Shown here piece after piece: positions 46,245-61,113 of a stretch of 64,000 nt of DNA. The position numbers were made by a program, and so were the translations under genes. Numbering within the stretch: the stretch's first letter is position 1; every line of letters starts with the position of its first letter. The notes under the pieces were generated by a model, which saw only the letters and a list, made by a program, of their open reading frames with translations, was not told the origin of the DNA and did not search any database. Source of the stretch: Eledone cirrhosa (Eukaryota); the NCBI GenBank assembly GCA_964016885.1, contig OZ024740.1, positions 339,078,001 to 339,142,000 of the forward strand, given 5' to 3'.

Positions 46245-49200
46245 AGAGAACGGAGGAACCACCCGAAGCAGACAATGATCTGAATACTGAGATAAATAAT
46301 ACCTGGAACAGAGATACGGCCACTGAGGAGATGAATGCTGACGGGATAGGACAATATTCGGTTGACATCCTAAATTTAGTGGTAGATGAATTGAACAATG
46401 ATAGTGGGAGACCTATGAACCTAAGATTTGTAGACAGGAAAAAGTTAAAAGAAACAACAGCTAAGGTAAACAAAGTCATCCCATACCTTGAGGCGAGGAG
46501 CCTTCACCAGTGCAACAATATCCTCAAAGCAACAGCAAATACGGTGAGGAAACTACTTGGTATAAAAGCGAGAGGAAACAACAGATAAGAAAGAGCAGAG
46601 CCTTGGTGGAAGAAACGACTGAGTGGTCAAATCAAGGAAATGAGAAATGACATAGGAAAGCTTGAGTCACTACAGAATGGGACACTAAAAAACATAGGCA
46701 CTAAAAATAGACTGACAATAAAGTACAAAAATAGGAGGAAAAAGCTAAATATTATCATAGAGGAACTGAAGCAACGCATTGTAGCAAAGAGTGCAAAAAT
46801 CAGGCGATACGAGAACAGAGTCAGTCAGTATAAACAGAACCGCATGTTCGACAACAACCAGAAGATGCTGTTTGGACAGCTTGAGGGGAAAGAAAGAGGC
46901 AACGACTTGATCTCTGAGGCGGAACAAACTAAAACACTCTGGAGAGGAATATGGGAGCAGGATGTTAGACATAATGACCAGGCAGGGTGGATTGAGACAG
47001 TACAGAGGGAGATCGGTGAGCAGGCACACCAACAAACTGATTTGAGTATCACAGTTGAAACTCTTAAGGGGCAGGCAAAAAAACTAACCAACTGGAAATC
47101 ACCAGGCTCAGTTGGTGTACAGGGGTATTGGATTAAAAATTTAACATCCCTCCACCCGAAACTGACGGCCATGTTCAATGACTGCTTGGTGTCGGGTGAG
47201 GTGCCAGGGTGGTTGACAAAAGGTACCACAGTTCTGATAATGAAAGACCGAATCAAGGGTAATGATGTTACCAACTATAGACCTATCACATGTCTGTCCG
47301 TAATGTGGAAACTGTTGACGAGCATTGTGTCTGAGGAAATCTACCATCACCTCCACACAAACAACTTGTTACCGGACGAACAGAAAGGATGCCGAAAGAA
47401 GTCACGTGGTACAAAGGACCAGTTACTTATTGATAAGATGGTAATGGGGAATTGCAGGAGGAGATACATTGATCTTGCCATGGGATGGATAGACTACAGA
47501 AATGCATTTGACATGGTGCCTCACTCTTGGATCACCAAAAGCCTGGAGATCTTCAGGGTGGCAGATAACATCAGACAGTTGCTGGGCAGGAGTATGGGGT
47601 CCTGGGAGACAGAGTTGACATCAACTGGAGAATCCTTGGGAAGCGTGAAGATCAAGAGAGGCATCTTCCAGGGATATAGCCTGTCCCCTCTGTTGTTTGT
47701 CCTTGCCCTGATGCCCTTGACCATTATGCTGCGAAAAGTGAGAGCAGGATACAAGTTGGGAAAGGGAGAGCTTACCATCAATCACCTCCTCTTCATGGAC
47801 GATCTTAAGCTCTTCGGGAAGAGTGAGAAGGAGTTGGATGTGTTTGTTGACACTGTCAGTATTTTCAGCAGTGATATATGTATGCAGTTTGGTATTAGTA
47901 AGTGTGGAGTCATTGTGATGAGGAGGGGTAGGTTAAGCAGAAGTAACGGAATCCAGATACCAACAGGTGAGATGATAAAGGAAATTGACTCTGAGGAAGG
48001 ATACAAGTATTTGGGCGTTCTGGAGGCTGATGGCATAAAGAACAAAAAAATGAAGGAATTGTTAAGAACTGAATACATTCGGAGAGTAAGGAGCGTGTTG
48101 AAGTCACATCTGAATAGCAGAAATGCCATAAGCGCAGTAAATTCCCGAGCTGTGTCTATTATTAGGTACAGTGCGGGAATTCTGAGATGGAATGTTGCTG
48201 AACAAAAAGAAATGGATAGGAAGACTAGGAAGCTATTGACTATCTACAACATGTTCCACAAGAGGAGTGATGTCGATAGACTCTACCTAAGGAGATCTGA
48301 GGGTGGAAGAGGTCTTATCAGCATAGAGGACTGTGTTCATATGGAGAAAAACAACCTATACAAATACATGACTGATAGTAAGGAGCCAATGCTCAGAACT
48401 GTACTGAAAGAGGGGACAGTAGGCCAGGGGATGTCCAAGGAGGAAATAACATCAAGGAGAAAGAGCAGCCTTCAGGGAAAATCCCTTCATAGTACCTTCT
48501 TTGAGAAAACTGAATTTAGAGATCCACAGACATGGAGCTGGTTGAGAAGAGGAGACCTCAAAAAGGCTACAGAAGGAATGTTAATGGCTGCGCAGGAGCA
48601 GGCCCTCAAAACGAAGTGGTTGAAACACCATATTTACAAGGAGGAGGCTAGCCCACTGTGCAGGATCTGTGGAGAGAGAGAGGAGACTGTGGCTCACATT
48701 GTATCCGAGTGTAAACACCTAGCCCAGACCCACTATAAGGGCTGGAGACATGATGTGATGGGCAGGGAAATCCACTGGCACCTGTGCAAAGTAAACAATT
48801 TACCACATTCTGAGAAATGGTATGAGCATAGGCCAGAGGCGGTGATGGAGAACGATCAGGTGAAGGTGCTGTGGGATTTTAGGATACAGACGGACAAGAA
48901 ACTGGAACACAATAGACCTGACCTGGTGGTTGTGGACAAAGAAAAAAGAACGTGTCTGATTGTGGATGTCGCCTGCCCATTCGACACGAGAGTGCAAGAG
49001 AAGGAGAGGAGAAAATTAACCGATACCAGGACTTAAAGTGGGAGGTAAAAAGGATTTGGAACTGCCATGAAGTCAAAGTGATCCCGATTGTCATAGGCGC
49101 ACTGGGGACTATCTCCAAAAGTTTCCAGGGATGGTTAAAGAAAATCGGCCCCTTCACGCTTTTTGGAACGCTTCAAAAGGCATGCTTGCTGGGAACAGCA

Positions 49201-49305
49201 AGAACCCTCCGATACGTCCTGAATATCTGAGGCTGCAGGTAGTGGCTTGATATTCATTCCAACGGACTTTCCAGTTAACCAACATCAATGACTGAGATTT
49301 AAGGA
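46245..49305 (+). mobile_element. 5'-truncated R4/Dong-clade non-LTR retrotransposon (RT + CCHC + RLE) in (TAA)n
   Basis: NYRPITCL, EQKGCR, WIDYRNAFDMVPHSW, GIFQG.SLSPLLF, LLFMDDLKL, CRIC..ETVAHIVSEC, RPDLVV; flanked by taataa repeats. Confidence 0.93.
46331..49230 (+). pseudogene. R4/Dong polyprotein with an in-frame stop at 46586-46588 and a frameshift near 49000
   Basis: ORFs 46331-46588 and 46640-49036 share a frame (NR*ERAEPWWKKRL); C-terminus EKINRYQDL...PIVIGALG is in ORF 48952-49230. Confidence 0.9.
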
Positions 49306-49339
49306 ATAATAATATAATAATAATGATAATAATAACAGA

Positions 49340-49835
49340 CGAAAGATATGTACTTTATATCATCGCTATTTATTTTATTATATATATCGAAGATTTATGT
49401 ATAACATAATGTAAAGTGTTATGTATAACTTAAAGCAAAACATGTCCTCTTCAGACAAAATACATACGAGATAATGTAGACCAACTAGCTGGACAGATCG
49501 GTGACTACCAATACATCTCGTATGTATTTTGTATGAAGAGGACATGTTTTGCTTTATGTTATACATAAAATTGACATTTGGTGGATTGGCAGTATCAGTA
49601 GAGGGTCGCACGCCATGCTTTGACGCATAGAGTTACGGCCCTTGCTATTCTGAGTTCAAATCCCGCCGAGGTTAACTTTGCCTTTCATCCTTACGGGGTT
49701 GATAAAATAAAGTACCAGTTATGCACTGGAATAATTGCTGGCCTTGTGCCAAAAGTAGAAACAATTATGTTATACATAAAACTTTACATCTTCGAACTAT
49801 ATATAATAAAATAAACAGAGATGATATAAAGTATA
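49340..49835. mobile_element. Palindromic MITE-like element interrupted by a SINE (49579-49768) with a ~17-bp TSD
   Basis: Hairpin arms 49431-49472 / 49514-49555; outer arms 49369-49410 / 49763-49813; ttatgttatacataaaa duplicated around the SINE. Confidence 0.6.
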
Positions 49836-49874
49836 TAACTTTAGTTTATTACTATTATTATTATAATAATACTC

Positions 49875-50255
49875 CATTTACGGTTTGAGTTCAAATCCCG
49901 TCGAGGTTAACTTTGCCTTTCATCCTTACGGGGTCGATAAACTAAAGTACCAGTAATGTACTGGGTAATTGCTGGGCTTGTGCGAAATGTAGAAACAATT
50001 ATTATAATAATACTCGGATAAATTTATACCGTTCAGTGCTTGGCATCTGTTGTATATAAGAATCAGTTGATTACAAATCAACTAACTCGTTTTACATTCA
50101 TTAATATATATATACAGCATAGTTACGTCCCTTTACGATCTGAGTTCAAATCCCGCCGAGGTTGACTTTGCCTTTCATCCTTACGGGGTCGATAAAATAA
50201 AGTACCAGTAATGCACTGGGTAATTGCTGGCCTTGTGCCTAAAGTAGAAACAATT
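49875..50255 (+). mobile_element. Two 5'-truncated SINE copies (49875-50003, 50116-50255)
   Basis: Conserved SINE body and tail. Confidence 0.85.
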
Positions 50256-50301
50256 AATATATATATACACACATATATATGTAGGTGTATATATATATAT
50301 A

Positions 50302-50405
<104 letters not shown>

Positions 50406-50452
50406 ATATTAATTCGAATATTAACAAAATAGATAGTCTTGTCATCAATTAA

Positions 50453-50517
50453 ATTTTATTATACATATTTCAGAGGTACTGAATCAAGTTCAACAGTACG
50501 TCCTCATCAGATAAAAT
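50453..50517 (-). ncRNA. Type-I hammerhead ribozyme near the end of a non-coding TA-flanked cassette (50402-51232)
   Basis: auuuuau CUGAUGA ggacguacug...caguaccucu GAAA uaugua UA auaaaau. Confidence 0.75.
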
Positions 50518-51232
50518 AAAATGATACATGACATACCCTGACATGTTAGATGGTTAAGATTTAATCAAGGTAGTGATTAACTTATGAGAAACCTCAATAT
50601 TTATATCCTAATATTGAGAACATGAGAAAACGTAATAGAATCAATAGGGAGAGTGTGAGTAAGAAAAACATTGCCTTAATGCAACAGTTATAGAGTTTTT
50701 AATATTTGAAATACTACTATAGAACTATAGAGGAAGACGTATCTGGAGTTATAATTTATTTAGTATTTAGCTTGAGGAGACAAATGACAGATAATTAAAG
50801 AGAGGGAGAGACAAAGGGGAGTAATTTATGCTCAAATTTCATTAGACACACAAACATATATAGCTTTGGCGCTTATATTTCAAAATAATTGATTTATGTT
50901 ATTTCAGGGTAAAGAATCAAAATTTTAAGTTTTAAAAGTTAATGGTTATTTGTATTAATTTTATAATATAATTATGTTAAATTTCTAAAATTCAAAGTTT
51001 CAAGAAAACAAATTTAAAGGTTTTACGAAGCCCGCGAAAGAAAAAAATATAATGTTCAATATTCTCACAAAGGTAATCTTTAACAAAATTACTTGTAACA
51101 CTGACAACATTTTCTATAATATAATTTATGAGATACAGTTATAACTATTAAGGAATTTATTGTTAAATAGTTATAGTGCCTAAAGTATTAGCAGGTCTTA
51201 TAATTAAACCTAAAGTGGTCAGAGTTTTCAGC

Positions 51233-51305
<73 letters not shown>

Positions 51306-51424
51306 TGATCATAATATCAGGACTATAATTTATTATTTGTTCATATATTATATTAAGTAATTATATTAGTTCTACCTTCTAGGGAAGACCGAACTCAATT
51401 GATTGAACTTATAATCCTTTATTT

Positions 51425-51480
51425 ACTGCTATATATATTTCGATGATAGCCATTGAATGGCTATGACCTCATCAGGCAGT
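51425..51480 (-). ncRNA. Type-I hammerhead ribozyme
   Basis: acugc CUGAUGA ggucauagccau-uca-auggcuaucauc GAAA uauaua UA gcagu. Confidence 0.82.
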
Positions 51481-51490
51481 TAGTCAGTTC

Positions 51491-52019
51491 TTATATATGC
51501 CAGCTGAGTTGGAAGTCCAGTAGTGATAGGGATCCGCGGTCATCGGGGTGTTCCATGCTGAACTTTATACTGGCGTCCATGCTGGAGAATGTTGTGTATA
51601 TTTTATCCGCCTCCTCACGGGATGATGTAAGGATGAGTATGTCATCTCCATATCGGGTGAAGAAGGTATGGGAATGGCAGGTGTTGAGGGCTCGGCATTC
51701 TAGGTGGTTCATATAGGTGATAGCCAGCAGGCCCGATAGGCTGGATCCCATGGGTAATCCTGTTGTCTGTCTGTATGTGTGGTGGTGGAAGGTGAAGTAC
51801 GTGTTGTCCACTGTGAAGGACAAAAGCTGGTGTATGTCCGTCAGAAGGAGGCCGTAGCAGTGGATGTCCTCTGTGTCCACGCAGTCCGTCAATACATCGA
51901 CAGCTGGATGAGCGGGGACTGTAGTGTAGAGGGAAACAACGTCGAGGCTAAAGGCGTATCTATTTAGTTTAAGTTGTTCTGGCTGGAGTTGGTGTAGTCT
52001 ACGTATGACATAGTCGGAG

Positions 52020-52020
<1 letters not shown>
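51491..52020 (-). pseudogene. Penelope/Poseidon-like RT core fragment
   Basis: [54 protein letters not shown]....SLLD. Confidence 0.88.
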
Positions 52021-52103
<83 letters not shown>

Positions 52104-52166
52104 AATATAAATATGTATATATATAAATATAAATATATATATATATAAATATATATATATATAAAT

Positions 52167-52221
<55 letters not shown>

Positions 52222-52332
52222 AATATATATATAAATATATAAATATATATATAAATATAAATATATATATAAATATAAATATATATAATTATAAATATAT
52301 ATAAATATATATATAAATATATATAAATGTAA

Positions 52333-52411
<79 letters not shown>

Positions 52412-52611
52412 AAATATATATAAATATATATATATATAAATATATATAGAAAAAAAGATGAAATCGAAAATGCAACTGGAGTCTTATTTTTTTTTTTAAA
52501 TATATATTTATATATAAATATATATAAATATATATAAATATATATAAATATATATATAAATATATATAAATATATATAAATATATATATAAATCTATATA
52601 TATATATATAA

Positions 52612-52654
<43 letters not shown>

Positions 52655-53575
52655 TATAAATATATATATAAATATATATATATATATAAATATATATATA
52701 AATATATATATAAATATATATAACGAAGGAAATGTGGTAAGGAACCAGGTGGACCATAACGCACCAAAGTACTCAATACTTGGGGTAGTAGAGTGGGTAA
52801 TAGGAACCAGTAAGACCCCAATTAAAAAGACAGCTGAGCTCAAGCCGTTTCGACGGCTAATTCTGGACTAAATGAAAATTTATCCTGGTATTTAAATAGC
52901 CGATCTTCTCAAGGGGTAATTCCATATATGGTCAAAGTGATTGTCAAAAATCAGTAGTAATTCTGTGATTGCAAATTAGTAGGGGAGATGGTGGCTAAAC
53001 CTGCCAGTAGGAGAAAGAGGGGAGGGGTGGAGTAGACCCAATCAAGCGTTGGTAGTGCCAGCTACAGCTGGGCATGAGGTCAAAGAAGATACTGGGGAGA
53101 GGGAGGGGGAGGAAGTCGGAACGGTAGGTAGAACAATGGGGGGTAAAAATATATATGAAAGAAAAAATACTGAGAGTGAAGAAAAGCGAATAAGTGTAAA
53201 GAAAAAAAAAAGTAAAGCAAGTTCTACGACCTAGGTCTCTAGCTATTGTTAGGCTAGAATAAATAAATAAAGAAAGAAAGAAAGAAGTAAAGAAAGAAAT
53301 AAAGAAATAACGAAATAAGTAAAAGAACTAGGTGGGACGAAATAGGCAAGGACCCTTTTAAGAGGTATAAGTACGTAAATGATACGGTGACGGGTCAACA
53401 AAAGGGGCCAAAATACTAAAGAGACTACCACGAAATAAATAATAAAGGTTTCTATCCCTGCAACAATGCCAGCAACCACCCAGTGCAGCAAAGTGAACTA
53501 GTACGAGATAATAATTCTGAGTCCCGAAAAAAATATATACTAATGCTAACTCTAAAAGATCTAAAATATATATAT

Positions 53576-53714
<139 letters not shown>

Positions 53715-53731
53715 AATATATATAAATATAT

Positions 53732-53900
<169 letters not shown>

Positions 53901-53965
53901 TATATATATTTATATATATATATATATAAATAAATAAATATATATATATTTATATATATAAATAA

Positions 53966-54063
<98 letters not shown>

Positions 54064-54469
54064 TATATAGGAGAGTATTGAAGTTTGCTTGAAGCATTGT
54101 GGAATAATAAGTAAATATCTTTAATTCGTTTGGAAGCCTCGACAATGCAAATGGGTAAATCTCCGGGTAACAAGATCCGGTGGTGGAGAGAGAGATGTAA
54201 GTGGGTGTACGTTGAGATGCGTGGTGTGTATGAGATGTGTAGAAGAATGAAGGAAAGAGTATAAAGGATAAAATAAAAATAACAACACGTGAGAGAGTTA
54301 CCTTGGGAGAGATTTAATAGTCCCTATATATTTCGGATTCCCATCCATCAACTGGGGTTTTTTCCGGGGTGGGGGAAAGGTTGTCTGTCGGACAGGTGCG
54401 AAACGCGTCCTCCGCTGTTTGTTCTTTTGAATATTTGAGGTATTCGGCAGAGCGCGCGTGAGCATGAAA

Positions 54470-55611
<1,142 letters not shown>

Positions 55612-55612
55612 T

Positions 55613-56016
<404 letters not shown>

Positions 56017-56027
56017 AATATATATAA

Positions 56028-56136
<109 letters not shown>

Positions 56137-56139
56137 AAT

Positions 56140-56176
<37 letters not shown>

Positions 56177-56339
56177 AATATACAATATATAGTAAGAAAC
56201 ACAGTAAACCGTGTGTCTAAAATTACAAGGGTTGAAAAACCACATATGCTTGAAATATTTAACCAAGAAACAGACAGAATGACAAAATGAAAATAAAAAT
56301 ATATTATCAAATAATACAAACCGTCTCAATAACCATTAT

Positions 56340-56421
56340 ATCTCTCGGACAGATTATCCCTAATCTGTTTCGCCCTGAGTGTGTTTGTAACAGATAATCC
56401 TGGGCTTCATCAGTGAGAGAT
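56340..56421 (-). ncRNA. Inverted copy of the 55156 hammerhead within pseudo-LTR 56180-56450
   Basis: Reverse complement of 55156-55237 with one stem-I substitution. Confidence 0.85.
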
Positions 56422-56889
56422 TGCGATTAAATGCCACAAACACTATTTGCCAACGTTCACACAGAAAGATGAATTCATCACCTCGTGTTTCGCCAGTCAA
56501 ACGTGGTAAGCGCGTATTGAACAGAAATAACAGTCCAACACGCACAACTTAATAGCTCAACTTGTAATTGAAAAGTGGTATTAAAGACGAGGGGAAATAA
56601 AAAAAATATATAAAGAATATATATATATGTATATAATGATTGGGGGGGGGGGTTAAATTTATTAGTGAGAAATAATAAATATATAGAGATTTCAAGGAAC
56701 ATAGAATCATAACCTGAAATTAAAACATTATATATGTTTACTTAATGGTATCAATTTTAGGAAAAGATAGTTGTAAGAAGGAAAGTAAAATTATGTAGTT
56801 CATCAGTAGTAGAATATTAATTATATGTTAACTAAATTAAAAAAGTTATTATATTAATTTCTAAAATGTATATTAATTAGGTTTATAAT

Positions 56890-57472
56890 ATTTAAAGGTT
56901 TCTCTCAGTTTATGATTACACGATATTATTAATTCCTGTCGCTTATTTAATAGGATATCCTTAGATTTCATTATTTCAAAGAGTTCTTGGGAACACAATC
57001 TACATTCATATCTATTATTTTGATAAGGAGTGGCCCTTTTGAGCACACTTCAAGTCAGGTCATAATCTATATTCCTCTTTCTATAATTATTAATTATTTC
57101 AGCTAGAGATGTTATATTAGCTAATGCGGCATTTTTAAAACTATGTCTGTGGGTATTAAATCTTACTTTAAATTGGTTAGAGGTAGCTCCTATATATGAA
57201 TAAATTGAGTCCTTAGTGTTAACTTTACATTTATATACTATGTTATTAACAAGGCAATTTCCTTTTAATGGGCAGTTTGCTTTGTTTCTAAAGTTACAAC
57301 TTTTCGTGAATCCTGTATCAGAGGAGATATTATGGTTAGTTTGATGTACTGGTGGTATACTCATGGTTTTTTTACATTTATATGCATTGTAGGCACTTAT
57401 ATTTTGTTTTATGTTTTTGGTTGTTGAGCAGGAGAATTTAACCGTTGATCTGTTTAAAATTTGATGGTATTT
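56890..57472 (-). pseudogene. Hydra-like PLE GIY-YIG region with a stop codon
   Basis: CNFRNKANCPLKGNCLVNNIVYKC, YIGATSNQFKVRFNTHRHSF, LT*SVLKRATPY...CRLC...LNKRQELIISCNH. Confidence 0.85.
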
Positions 57473-57479
57473 ACCTATC

Positions 57480-57712
57480 GGATTTATGAGGTTTTACAAA
57501 GCGAAACTGATCAGTAAGGGCCACTAAGAGAAGTAAATATTTATATTATATTTTTTAATCTATTTTAAAAAATTGATTGAATTTTACTTGTTCTGCTTAT
57601 CTTAATATTAAAGTTCTGGTGTATCAAATTAATACCATTGAACAATCTTGAATCATAGACAACCTATGTATTTCTAGGGGTACCTAGTATCCTTGGACAT
57701 ATTAACTTCATT
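57480..57712 (+). mobile_element. Partial pseudo-LTR of the 4737-5660 family (3' half of HHR only), inverted relative to the adjacent EN
   Basis: gttttacaaagcGAAActgatcagTAagggcc...catagacaaccta. Confidence 0.75.
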
Positions 57713-57713
57713 C

Positions 57714-57824
<111 letters not shown>

Positions 57825-57825
57825 A

Positions 57826-57934
<109 letters not shown>

Positions 57935-57935
57935 A

Positions 57936-57966
<31 letters not shown>

Positions 57967-57993
57967 AATATATAAAAATATATATATATATAA

Positions 57994-58028
<35 letters not shown>

Positions 58029-58059
58029 AATATATAAATATATATATATATATATATAA

Positions 58060-58190
<131 letters not shown>

Positions 58191-58209
58191 AATATATATA
58201 TATATAAAT

Positions 58210-58276
<67 letters not shown>

Positions 58277-58550
58277 AATATATATATATAAATATATATA
58301 TATAAATATATATATATAAATATATATATATAAATATATATATATAAATATATATATATATAAATATATATATATATAAATCTCTATATATAAATCTATA
58401 TATATAAATCTATATATATATATAAATATATATATATAAATATATATATAAATATATATATATAAATCTATATATATAAATCTATATATATATATAAATA
58501 TATATATAAATATATATATAAATATATATATATATATAAATAAATATATA

Positions 58551-58584
<34 letters not shown>

Positions 58585-58596
58585 AATATATATATA

Positions 58597-58654
<58 letters not shown>

Positions 58655-58661
58655 AATATAT

Positions 58662-59183
58662 AAAATAAAGTTAAATAAAAGTCAAATGATTAAAATTTAG
58701 CTTCGTTTATTACTGCTATATATATTTCAGTGACAGCCATCTTTGGCTGTGACCTCTTCAGGCAGTTTGAATTAGTATGGTATAGACAAGTACATATGTT
58801 GTTTAGGTGTATGATATTGTTTAGGTGTATGATATTGTCAATTCACTGGGGAACTGGAGTCATATATGACTCCAGTTCCCCAGTGAATTAACAACCCAGC
58901 AAGGAACTGGGCATATCAGAGTATTGACAATATCATACACCTAAACAACATATGTACTTGTCTATACCATACTAATTCAAACTGCCTGAAGAGGTCACAG
59001 CCAAAGATGGCTGTCACTGAAATATATATAGCAGTAATAAACGAAGCTAAATTTTAATCATTTGACTTTTATTTAACTTTATTTTACACTACTCCGGAGT
59101 AACCAAACCAACCTGCGCACTTCATCGAGTGCTCCAGCCTGCATACTGAGGTGTTGGTATACAACCAACATAAACTCAAAATC
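58662..59183. mobile_element. Non-coding fold-back cassette with HHRs on both arms (58712-58766 minus; 58981-59035 plus) and a central 50-bp perfect hairpin
   Basis: 58662-58820 is the reverse complement of ~58927-59085; aattcactggggaactggagtcata/tatgactccagttccccagtgaatt at 58840-58889. Confidence 0.85.
58981..59035 (+). ncRNA. Type-I hammerhead ribozyme
   Basis: actgc CTGAAGA ggtcacagcca-aaga-tggctgtcact GAAA tatata TA gcagt. Confidence 0.82.
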
Positions 59184-59200
59184 TATATAAATATATATAT

Positions 59201-59274
<74 letters not shown>

Positions 59275-59278
59275 GTAT

Positions 59279-60495
<1,217 letters not shown>

Positions 60496-60509
60496 ATATA
60501 TATATATAA

Positions 60510-60630
<121 letters not shown>

Positions 60631-60741
60631 TCTAAGGTAAAAGACTAGTTTTCAACAATATCTTTTGCATTTGCATTCTTTATTCTATGTCCATACCTGC
60701 ATTGTGTTGGCTTTATTATACATATACAAACGTTTATATAT

Positions 60742-60772
<31 letters not shown>

Positions 60773-60851
60773 AATATATATATATATAAATATATATATA
60801 TATAAATATATATATATATAAATATATATATATAAATATATATATATATAA

Positions 60852-60930
<79 letters not shown>

Positions 60931-60949
60931 AATATATATATATAAAAAT

Positions 60950-60998
<49 letters not shown>

Positions 60999-61029
60999 TA
61001 TATATATATAAATATATATATATATAAAT

Positions 61030-61108
<79 letters not shown>

Positions 61109-61113
<5 letters not shown>

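Noticed and set aside
57050-57052. In-frame TGA in the PLE EN as possible selenocysteine (as in some Naiad PLEs)
   Set aside because: It aligns with Trp in the paralogue (MTWNI versus LT*SV), so it is a simple TGG>TGA mutation; no SECIS seen
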